A stretch of 58,413 bases of DNA from Bacteroidia bacterium (GTDB lineage Bacteria > Bacteroidota > Bacteroidia > AKYH767-A > OLB10). Each line of letters begins with the position of its first letter. The stretch's first letter is position 1. The translations under genes were made by a program, and so were the position numbers. Location: positions 1-58,413 of the forward strand of contig JAEUTF010000197.1 in the NCBI GenBank assembly GCA_016788185.1, in the 5' to 3' direction. This document shows, in pieces, positions 25,762-32,948 of this stretch. The notes beneath the pieces were generated by a model. The model was not told the DNA's origin. It made no database searches and saw nothing but the letters and a program-made list of their open reading frames with translations.

Positions 25762-26235
25762 ATGGACAGAAATCATCTTCATACGAACCAGGAAGACGAG
25801 TTGAAAGAGGCCCCCTTGCTCAAATCAATGCAAGGCAGAGATGGCTTCAGGGCGCCAGATGGCTATTTCGAAAGCCTCACCTCCAGTATACAGGACCGGA
25901 TTCATTCAGAACGTCCTGAACCCCGGTTCAGTTTCCTGCTTCGTCCGGCTATGGCCGGATTCGGATTTGCCCTTTTGCTCCTGATTGCCGGTCTGGCTTA
26001 TTTCAATTTAAGGGATGAATCTACTGCTCCGCAGCAGGTTTCAGCCGAAAACGAATTATCTGTTGAAGACGTGATTGAAAGCGGTTATTACCTGGAACTG
26101 GATGACGATCTGATTGCCGAATCCTTTAATACCGCTGCAACTTCCTCTGACACCTCACATACTGTTCAGGAACGTCAGGTCGAAGAATACTTTCTGCAAT
26201 CGGCCGATGAGTCCTTGTTGTTAAACGAATTATAA
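25762..26235 (+). CDS. putative single-pass anti-sigma factor
   Basis: 157 aa located directly after the ECF sigma gene. It has one TM helix (AMAGFGFALLLLIAGLAYF). The call rests on position and topology only. Confidence 0.55.
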   Translation: MDRNHLHTNQEDELKEAPLLKSMQGRDGFRAPDGYFESLTSSIQDRIHSERPEPRFSFLLRPAMAGFGFALLLLIAGLAYFNLRDESTAPQQVSAENELSVEDVIESGYYLELDDDLIAESFNTAATSSDTSHTVQERQVEEYFLQSADESLLLNEL

Positions 26236-26242
26236 AAACGCC

Positions 26243-26737
26243 ATGAAAAATCTATTCCGCCGCATCCTGATGATCGCATGTGCCATCACCTTGACAGGAA
26301 ACATAAACGCCCAGCCTCCCGGGGCTCGTCCGTCCATGGAAAAAATGGAAGATATTGAAGCCATGAAAATCGGTTTCATTACAAAAAGGCTGAGCCTTAG
26401 CCCCGATGAAGCAAAAAGATTCTGGCCCGTTTACGATCAGTTTGCGGACGAGATGAAGGCGATCAGGGAAAGCCGTTTCAGCCGGATGAAAGATTTGAAG
26501 GATGATTTTGACAGCATGACAGACAAGGATGCCGAAAAGGCTGTCGACAGTGAGATCGCCTTTCGTCAGCAGGAAGTGGATGTTTTGAAGAAATATCATG
26601 CGCAGTTCAAACAAATTCTCCCCATTAAAAAAGTTGCAAAACTGTACCGGGCTGAAGAGGAGTTTAAACGTGAATTGCTGGACCGCATTCGTGAAAAGCG
26701 AAAAGACCGAATGGGGCCCGGCTCCGGACCACGCTAA
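26243..26737 (+). CDS. periplasmic Spy/CpxP-like helical protein
   Basis: Signal peptide, then a helical charged protein with LSLSPDEAKRFWPVYDQF-type repeats as in Spy/CpxP-like periplasmic proteins. Third gene of the ECF module. A terminator follows at 26779-26808. Confidence 0.6.
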   Translation: MKNLFRRILMIACAITLTGNINAQPPGARPSMEKMEDIEAMKIGFITKRLSLSPDEAKRFWPVYDQFADEMKAIRESRFSRMKDLKDDFDSMTDKDAEKAVDSEIAFRQQEVDVLKKYHAQFKQILPIKKVAKLYRAEEEFKRELLDRIREKRKDRMGPGSGPR

Positions 26738-26778
26738 GCATCCGTACGAAAAAAATTCAATTACCGGGTATTGCACAG

Positions 26779-26808
26779 AAGGAGCCATGCGCTCCTTTTG
26801 TTTTTTTT
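26779..26808 (+). terminator. intrinsic terminator after the ECF sigma module
   Basis: Stem AAGGAGC / GCTCCTT with a 5-nt loop, followed by TTGTTTTTTTT. Confidence 0.75.
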
Positions 26809-26811
26809 ATC

Positions 26812-28437
26812 CTAATACGAAACCTTTACAAACCTGTTGTTCGACCAGCTTTCTTCATTGAATAAACGCAGGAAATACAAACCATTGCTGAACCCGGAAA
26901 CATCCAAATTGTATTCACTGCCACTGAATGAATCTTTAAACAGACAGGCACCGCCCGGGTTAAACACAAGCAGGTTCCATTCGGCCTTCGTACCGCATTT
27001 CAGAAGAAGCTGACGGTTTGCAGGATTGGGAACAGCCATCCATGTACTTTCGTTGGTCACCGTACTTTCAAGAGCGGTGAGCAGGCAGATTTTACTCAGC
27101 CACACATCACCTCCACCGTTATTGAAATGGGTCCGATACCCTCCGGTATCCGATACGGTGAAGTTTACCGAGGTGAAACAACCATCCATTGTTGGGATGA
27201 CCTGTGCATTTTCATCGTGCCCTGCACTGAAAAAAGTTTTGTCAAACAGCATTTGTCCGTTGGCCGTGTCGCTTACGACCAGCCAGGATTGTTCAGGCCC
27301 CAGATTGTTTTCGCTTTTCTCGCCACTGATTGAAGAATAGGATGTACCGCTCAGAACCACATGGCCGGAGGATGACAAACCTATTCTGGAGAGTTCATCA
27401 AAATCAGTTCCGCCATAGCTTTTGTCCCAGATCAGGTTTCCGTTGACATCAAGACGCAACAACCAATAATCATCGGCACCTCTGGAAGGCTCTGTCTTAT
27501 GACCACTCACCCCGGAAAATGAAAAACCGCCCACTAAAAAGCCCCTCGTGACTCCGGGAAATTCAATCGCGGAAAAGGCATAATCATCGGCCAGACCGCC
27601 ATAGGTTTTATCCCAGATCTTCCTGCCCAGACTATCAATCCTAAGGATCCAATAGTCATACACCCCCTGAGAGGGCTGTGACTTGGAAAAAGAAACCGGA
27701 CTGTTGCTGTATCCGCTCATCAATGCACCTCCGTCATTGGTGGCGCAAATCGAAAAGCAATTGTCACCCAGCATTCCTCCATGGGTCATCTCGAGAAGAA
27801 AATTAGACGATAGATCAAGTTTCACCCACCAAAAATCAAAATCACCGTACGTAGGACTTGTTTTATCCGCTCCGGGCCCGCTCAGGGTCCAGCCACTCAG
27901 CATCAGGTAATTATCGGAAGTGAGGATCATCCCCGTAAGTTCATCGGCCTGAACACCTCCAATGGTTTTATCCCATAACTTCTGACCGGAGGAATCTACC
28001 AGCAACACCCAAAAATCGGAAACACCTCTCAGGCTGTCGCTCTTTTCACCGCTGATACCGGAGGCCGATGTTCCCGCCAGAACAAAATTTCCGCCTGGAG
28101 TGAGGAGCAATGCGGCTGGCCGGTCCGATCCGTTCCCACCATAGGTTTTATCCCAGACTTTATTTCCTGAAGCATCCAGCCGAAGCAGCCAAAAATCAGA
28201 CGTTAGTCCGGTAGAGTCCCGGTTGTTCTCGCTTTTATCAAAACCTGCCGCGGACCAGGAGGCGCATAAAACCAGGTATCCGCTGTCGGGCAATTGCTCG
28301 ATGCAAACAGGGGCATCCTGCAACAGTCCTCCAAAATTTCTGTCCCAGATTTTTTGAAAGGATTGCGCAAAACAAGCGGATGCAGCAAGAAAAAGGAAAA
28401 GAAACAACCGGATGCATTTCATGCTGTACCTGCTCAA
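26812..28437 (-). CDS. secreted 7-repeat beta-propeller-like protein with T9SS C-terminal sorting domain
   Basis: Signal peptide. Seven ~62-aa repeats are each marked by (K)(I/V/L)WDKTYGG and D(F/Y)W(L/V)LR(L/I)D. C-terminal VPNPANRQLLL, NGLYFLRLF and RFVKVSY form the T9SS CTD. ATG 28422 is an alternative start. Confidence 0.8.
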   Translation of the reverse strand: MSRYSMKCIRLFLFLFLAASACFAQSFQKIWDRNFGGLLQDAPVCIEQLPDSGYLVLCASWSAAGFDKSENNRDSTGLTSDFWLLRLDASGNKVWDKTYGGNGSDRPAALLLTPGGNFVLAGTSASGISGEKSDSLRGVSDFWVLLVDSSGQKLWDKTIGGVQADELTGMILTSDNYLMLSGWTLSGPGADKTSPTYGDFDFWWVKLDLSSNFLLEMTHGGMLGDNCFSICATNDGGALMSGYSNSPVSFSKSQPSQGVYDYWILRIDSLGRKIWDKTYGGLADDYAFSAIEFPGVTRGFLVGGFSFSGVSGHKTEPSRGADDYWLLRLDVNGNLIWDKSYGGTDFDELSRIGLSSSGHVVLSGTSYSSISGEKSENNLGPEQSWLVVSDTANGQMLFDKTFFSAGHDENAQVIPTMDGCFTSVNFTVSDTGGYRTHFNNGGGDVWLSKICLLTALESTVTNESTWMAVPNPANRQLLLKCGTKAEWNLLVFNPGGACLFKDSFSGSEYNLDVSGFSNGLYFLRLFNEESWSNNRFVKVSY

Positions 28438-28452
28438 ATCAGAAATAAAGGT

Positions 28453-28482
28453 AAAAAAAAGACCGGTGACAACCGGTCTTTT
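28453..28482 (-). terminator. intrinsic terminator after pdhB
   Basis: On the minus strand: stem AAGACCGGT / ACCGGTCTT with a 4-nt loop, then an 8-nt T-run. Confidence 0.8.
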
Positions 28483-28487
28483 CTGTA

Positions 28488-29471
28488 TCAGGCATTCATG
28501 TACATAACTTCCTTCACCGCTGAAATCACCCTGGCGGGATTGGGAAGATAAGCTTCAATCAAAGTAGGCGCATAGGGCAAAGGCACATCCCCGCCCATGA
28601 CTCTTAAAATCGGAGCATCCAGGTAATCAAATGCCCTTTTTTGTACCATGAAACTCACTTCAGAGGCAATGGAAGCCAGTGGCCAGCTTTCTTCCACGAT
28701 CACCAGACGGTTGGTTTTTTTTACGGAATGTACGATGCAATCGTAATCAATGGGGCGTACAGAGCGCAGATCGATTACTTCAGCCATGATGTTTTCCTTT
28801 TCCAGTTCTTCTGCAGCCTTCAAGGCTACTTTCATCATCTTCCCGAAAGATACGAGGGTGACATCCGTGCCGGGCCTTTTGATATCGGCCACACCGATCG
28901 GCATCAGGTATTCACCTTCCGGCACCATTCCTTTATCGCCGTACATCTGCTCTGATTCCATAAAAATCACCGGATCATTATCCCGTATGGCTGACTTCAG
29001 GAGACCTTTCGCATCCGCGGGATTGGAAGGCACAACGACCTTCAGACCCGGACAATTCGCATACCAGTTTTCAAAAGCCTGACTATGTTGTGAACTCAAC
29101 ATACCCGCCGAAGCTGTAGGGCCGCGAAAGACAATGGGAACATTAAAATGTCCTCCGCTCATGCTCATCATTTTGGCAGCTGAATTGATGACCTGGTCGA
29201 TGGCCACCAGCGAAAAGTTAAAGGTCATGAATTCAATTACCGGACGAAGTCCGTTCATGGCTGCCCCCACTCCGATTCCGGCAAATCCCAATTCCGCAAT
29301 AGGAGTATCGATCACCCTTTTAGGACCAAACTCGTCCAACATCCCCTGACTCACTTTGTAAGCTCCGTTGTACTGGGCCACTTCTTCCCCCATCAGGAAA
29401 ACGGAAGTATCCCTTCGCATTTCTTCTGATAAAGCCTCGCGAAGTGCTTCACGAAATTGAATTTCTCTCAT
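28488..29471 (-). CDS. pdhB: pyruvate / 2-oxoacid dehydrogenase E1 component, beta subunit
   Basis: 327 aa. MGEEVAQYNGAYKVSQG, DTPIAELGFAGIGVGAA and the transketolase-like C-terminal domain. Confidence 0.9.
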   Translation of the reverse strand: MREIQFREALREALSEEMRRDTSVFLMGEEVAQYNGAYKVSQGMLDEFGPKRVIDTPIAELGFAGIGVGAAMNGLRPVIEFMTFNFSLVAIDQVINSAAKMMSMSGGHFNVPIVFRGPTASAGMLSSQHSQAFENWYANCPGLKVVVPSNPADAKGLLKSAIRDNDPVIFMESEQMYGDKGMVPEGEYLMPIGVADIKRPGTDVTLVSFGKMMKVALKAAEELEKENIMAEVIDLRSVRPIDYDCIVHSVKKTNRLVIVEESWPLASIASEVSFMVQKRAFDYLDAPILRVMGGDVPLPYAPTLIEAYLPNPARVISAVKEVMYMNA

Positions 29472-29494
29472 CGCTGTATTGGTTGATAATCCCG

Positions 29495-29502
29495 CAAAAA
29501 TA
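29495..29502 (-). promoter_or_regulatory. -7 box TATTTTTG upstream of pdhB
   Basis: Matches TAnnTTTG on the minus strand, 23 nt before ATG 29471. Confidence 0.5.
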
Positions 29503-29616
29503 GGCTTTTAACAGGCGCAATACCAAGTCGGACGGAGGGCTGTTTATTTCCCATTCATATAAAAGCAGCTTTCCAGGAATCAAACATTTATTTTAAATCC
29601 TTTCATTCACAACAAA

Positions 29617-29940
29617 TTACTGGTCAAGCAATTCGTCTTTTAAAAATTCGAGTTCGGAAAAGGTGTGACGGTTCCCCTGTTGAAGTGCGATTTCCATGCC
29701 CCGCTCCACCACCTCCAGGGCATCCTCTGTCATGCCCTTGTTTTTATACAGTTGCCCCAGCTGATAATAAACAGGGAGGTAATCCGGCTGATCCTTCAAA
29801 AGATCCATGAACACCTGAAGGGCTTCCTCCTGATGAATGGTCGACCCGGCCAATTCCAGGCCCAGTGCATAACGACAAAACGCATCCTGCGGATCCTGCT
29901 CCAACAACTGCTTCAATTGCTCAACTCTCTGATCGTTCAT
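29617..29940 (-). CDS. small TPR protein
   Basis: 107 aa from ATG 29940, which lies 7 nt after the -7 box at 29948-29955. TPR-like AFCRYALGLELA and LPVYYQLGQLYKNKGMTEDALEV. Confidence 0.7.
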   Translation of the reverse strand: MNDQRVEQLKQLLEQDPQDAFCRYALGLELAGSTIHQEEALQVFMDLLKDQPDYLPVYYQLGQLYKNKGMTEDALEVVERGMEIALQQGNRHTFSELEFLKDELLDQ

Positions 29941-29947
29941 ACGAATG

Positions 29948-29955
29948 CAAAAATA
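29948..29955 (-). promoter_or_regulatory. -7 box TATTTTTG upstream of the small TPR gene
   Basis: Matches TAnnTTTG on the minus strand, 7 nt before ATG 29940. Confidence 0.5.
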
Positions 29956-30034
29956 GATGGAAGAAGAGAGATTTTTCTCCCTGATACTTGCATTTATCTC
30001 CGCCATACGTATTGGCAAATTCCCCTATTTAGAG

Positions 30035-30042
30035 TAGGTTTG
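30035..30042 (+). promoter_or_regulatory. -7 box TAGGTTTG upstream of etfB
   Basis: Matches TAnnTTTG, 21 nt before ATG 30064. Confidence 0.55.
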
Positions 30043-30063
30043 CACCTTGAAAAAGAAGCGAAA

Positions 30064-30801
30064 ATGAAAATTCTTGTTTGCATCAGCAATGTTCCCGATA
30101 CGACCACTAAAATCAGTTTTACGGACGACAAAAAGGCCTTTAATGCTGCAGGTGTTCAATTCATCATTAACCCTTACGATGAAATAGCCTTGACCCGGGC
30201 ACTTGAACTCACTGAAAATCAGGGAGGAGCAGTGACGGTAATTACCATTGGAGATGCCAGTACCGAACCCACCATCCGAAAAGCACTGGCTATTGGCGCT
30301 ACGGATGCCGTTCGCATCAATGCCGTGGCCAGGGATGCCTATTTTGTAGCCAGCCAGGTAGCGGCCTATGCGAGGGACAAAGGCTTTGACTTGATTTTAA
30401 CAGGAAGGGAGTCAATAGATTACAATGGATCTCAGGTCACTTCCATGATCGGAGAGCTGCTTGATCTGCCTAGTATTTCCATTGTAAAATCACTCCAGGT
30501 GGACGGTAGCCAATGCCTCCTCGAACGTGAAATTGAAGGTGGGAAGGAAGTTATCACTTGCCCTTTACCCCTCGTGGCCAGTGCGAGTGAGGGGATGGCT
30601 GAACCGAGAATTCCAAATATGCGCGGCATCATGAGTGCGAGAACAAAAGCACTTGCCGTAATTGAGGCGGTTGAAGTACCGGTCCTGCAACACATCGTGC
30701 AATACGAAAAACCGGCAGCACGCGGCCAGGTAAAACTGGTACAGGCCGATGAAGTAAACAAACTGGTTGACCTGCTTCATGCAGAGGCCAAAGCCATCTA
30801 A
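30064..30801 (+). CDS. etfB: electron transfer flavoprotein, beta subunit
   Basis: MKILVCISNVPDTTTKI, INPYDEIALTRALEL and LILTGRESIDYNGSQV. The track ORF 29665-30801 is an artefactual N-terminal extension that runs antisense to the TPR gene. Confidence 0.92.
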   Translation: MKILVCISNVPDTTTKISFTDDKKAFNAAGVQFIINPYDEIALTRALELTENQGGAVTVITIGDASTEPTIRKALAIGATDAVRINAVARDAYFVASQVAAYARDKGFDLILTGRESIDYNGSQVTSMIGELLDLPSISIVKSLQVDGSQCLLEREIEGGKEVITCPLPLVASASEGMAEPRIPNMRGIMSARTKALAVIEAVEVPVLQHIVQYEKPAARGQVKLVQADEVNKLVDLLHAEAKAI

Positions 30802-30829
30802 ACGATCCTTACACAGAAAAAACAAGAAC

Positions 30830-31807
30830 ATGTCAGTCTTACTATACGCTGAAAACAACAACGGTAAATTTAAAAAATCATCGTTTGAAGCCGCTTCTTA
30901 TGCTGCTGCACTTGCCAAACTGATGAACACCGCGGTCTATGCCGTTTCGATTGGAGAGGTAGCGGAGGATGAACTCGAAAAACTTTCCAGATACGGAGTT
31001 TCAAAAGTACTGAAGGTAGGGGGTGAACAACTGAAGTCCTTCGTTAACCAGGCCTACGCTGCCGTCATTGCCGAAGCTGCAAAATCAGTCGATGCCGGCG
31101 CGGTAGTGCTCACGGCCACATTCAGTGGTAAGGCGCTGGCTCCCCGGGTAGCCGTGAAATTGAATGCAGGATATGTTGACGGGGCGATTAGTCTTCCGCC
31201 CAGCGCAACGGATTTTACCATCCGCAAAGGTGCCTTTTCAGGTAAGGCTTTTGCCGATGTAACGTTAAACAGCGCCATAAAAGTAATTGCTATTGTTCCC
31301 AACTCATACAAACTGACAGAAGAGCCCCTGCCCTGTACCATTGAAGCATTTGCTCCTGTTCTGAAAGAAAGTGACTTCCGGACCATGGTAAAGGAAATTG
31401 TTAGGGCGGCAGACAAGGTCTCCCTGCTGGAAGCTGAGATTGTAGTATCCGGAGGACGCGGCTTAAAAGGTCCTGAGAACTGGGGCATGGTGGAAGAACT
31501 AGCCGGTTTGTTAGGTGCCGCTACCGCCTGTTCCAAACCCGTAAGCGATGCCCACTGGAGACCGCACAGCGAACACGTAGGCCAAACCGGAATTGCTGTT
31601 AGCCCCAACCTTTATATTGCCATCGGAATTTCCGGTGCCATTCAGCACCTCGCCGGAGTCAGTTCTTCAAAAACCATCGTTGTGATCAATAAGGATCCTG
31701 AAGCACCCTTTTTCAAGGCGGCCGATTATGGTATTGTAGGTGACGCCTTCGAAGTGGTGCCCAGGCTCATCGAAGCAGTGAAGGAATTCAAAGCGGCGCA
31801 TGCCTGA
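30830..31807 (+). CDS. etfA: electron transfer flavoprotein, alpha subunit
   Basis: VVSGGRGL, HWRPHSEHVGQTG, and IAIGISGAIQHLAG (FAD-binding). 325 aa from ATG 30830. Confidence 0.92.
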   Translation: MSVLLYAENNNGKFKKSSFEAASYAAALAKLMNTAVYAVSIGEVAEDELEKLSRYGVSKVLKVGGEQLKSFVNQAYAAVIAEAAKSVDAGAVVLTATFSGKALAPRVAVKLNAGYVDGAISLPPSATDFTIRKGAFSGKAFADVTLNSAIKVIAIVPNSYKLTEEPLPCTIEAFAPVLKESDFRTMVKEIVRAADKVSLLEAEIVVSGGRGLKGPENWGMVEELAGLLGAATACSKPVSDAHWRPHSEHVGQTGIAVSPNLYIAIGISGAIQHLAGVSSSKTIVVINKDPEAPFFKAADYGIVGDAFEVVPRLIEAVKEFKAAHA

Positions 31808-31834
31808 TTTTTTTATTATCTTCACATAGCGGTA

Positions 31835-32455
31835 ATGAAAAAGATAAAACTGGAGATCATTGGCCTTTCCTTCAGCCAGACACAGAGCGGGGCTTATGCG
31901 CTTATTCTCGGCGAGACCGATGGAAAAAGGAGATTACCCATTATTATCGGAGGCTTTGAAGCGCAGGCCATCGCCGTGGAACTGGAAAATATGCAGCCTT
32001 CCAGACCGCTGACCCACGACCTGTTCAGGAATTTTGCTGTTGAATATGAAATCAACATTGATGAAGTGATCATTTATAACCTGAAAGAGGGGATTTTTTA
32101 CTCTAAATTGATCTGCAGCAACGTCAACGGAGAGACCAAGGAAATCGATGCAAGGACCTCCGACGCCATTGCCATGGCCGTACGCTTTAACTGTCCCATT
32201 TACACCTACGAATTCATACTCTCCTCCGCTGGCGTGGTACTGGATGAAACGGAGAACATCGAAGAAGAAAAACCCAAAAGTCTGCCTAAAAAGAGCGCCG
32301 AAAAGAAGGTAGTGGCAGGCGAAAGCGAATACGCTTCTTTATCAACGGAAGAGCTGAAGGAATCGCTCATGAAAGCAATTGATGACGAAGCCTATGAAAC
32401 CGCCTCGAAAATCCGTGACGAACTCAATAAACGGAAAAAATCATCTGAACAGTAG
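31835..32455 (+). CDS. bifunctional nuclease (DUF151/BFN) family protein with C-terminal UVR motif
   Basis: LPIIIGGFEAQAIAVELEN and RPLTHDL are typical of DUF151. C-terminal EELKESLMKAIDDEAYETASKIRDEL resembles the UvrB/UvrC interaction motif. Confidence 0.8.
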   Translation: MKKIKLEIIGLSFSQTQSGAYALILGETDGKRRLPIIIGGFEAQAIAVELENMQPSRPLTHDLFRNFAVEYEINIDEVIIYNLKEGIFYSKLICSNVNGETKEIDARTSDAIAMAVRFNCPIYTYEFILSSAGVVLDETENIEEEKPKSLPKKSAEKKVVAGESEYASLSTEELKESLMKAIDDEAYETASKIRDELNKRKKSSEQ

Positions 32456-32459
32456 TGCC

Positions 32460-32894
32460 ATGCCTTTTCCTGTTTTTCATAGCTGGAAAAAGTACCTCCT
32501 CTTTTTATTTCTGATCAATACACTTCCGTTACAGGCGCAAACGGCACATGAAATCTGCAGAACCTGGCAATACGTCAGCATCTATACGATCGATGGACGG
32601 GAGGTACGTAAAATAGGGCATCGAGACCTGATGGTGCTCCGGAAAAAAGGAAAGGAACAGGTGTTTTCCTACTTCCTCCAGCTAGAAAAAGTGAAATCTT
32701 CAGGCACCTGGATCCTTCAGGACAGTACCCTTGAATTCACCTACACCACTGGCAAGTCAGGTGACCGAGGCAACGAAGCGTTGGTACGGAAATTCAGGAT
32801 TCTTGAGGTCAACGACGAAAAACTTCTCCTTCAGGAGACCGGACTTCGGGATCAACCGGGTCTTTTTTTTAGTTATACTTCCTTCAAACCGTAA
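32460..32894 (+). CDS. small secreted lipocalin-like protein, function unknown
   Basis: 144 aa from ATG 32460. Signal peptide KYLLFLFLINTLPLQAQ. C-R-TWQY, GTW and KLLL pattern as in lipocalin-like beta-barrel domains. Confidence 0.55.
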   Translation: MPFPVFHSWKKYLLFLFLINTLPLQAQTAHEICRTWQYVSIYTIDGREVRKIGHRDLMVLRKKGKEQVFSYFLQLEKVKSSGTWILQDSTLEFTYTTGKSGDRGNEALVRKFRILEVNDEKLLLQETGLRDQPGLFFSYTSFKP

Positions 32895-32948
32895 AATTAA
32901 AACTCCGAACCTTTTGCGTTCTTCAACGTAAAACTCCCTTCATCCTTC

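Noticed and set aside
26252-26788. A 178-aa minus-strand ORF opposite the Spy-like gene.
   Set aside because: It is antisense to a gene with a signal peptide and operon context, has no motifs, and would run through the terminator hairpin.
29665-30063. A 133-codon N-terminal extension of the etfB ORF (track ORF 29665-30801).
   Set aside because: The extension runs antisense through the TPR gene. etfB homologues start at MKILVC, and a -7 box (30035-30042) lies inside the extension.
31054-31608. A 184-aa minus-strand ORF inside etfA. Similar shadows occur in GH3 (42446-43099), prfC (45567-46154), sucC (51274-51819) and the GT2 gene (14114-14650).
   Set aside because: All are antisense to confidently identified conserved genes and have low-complexity or Ala/Ser/Arg-rich products.
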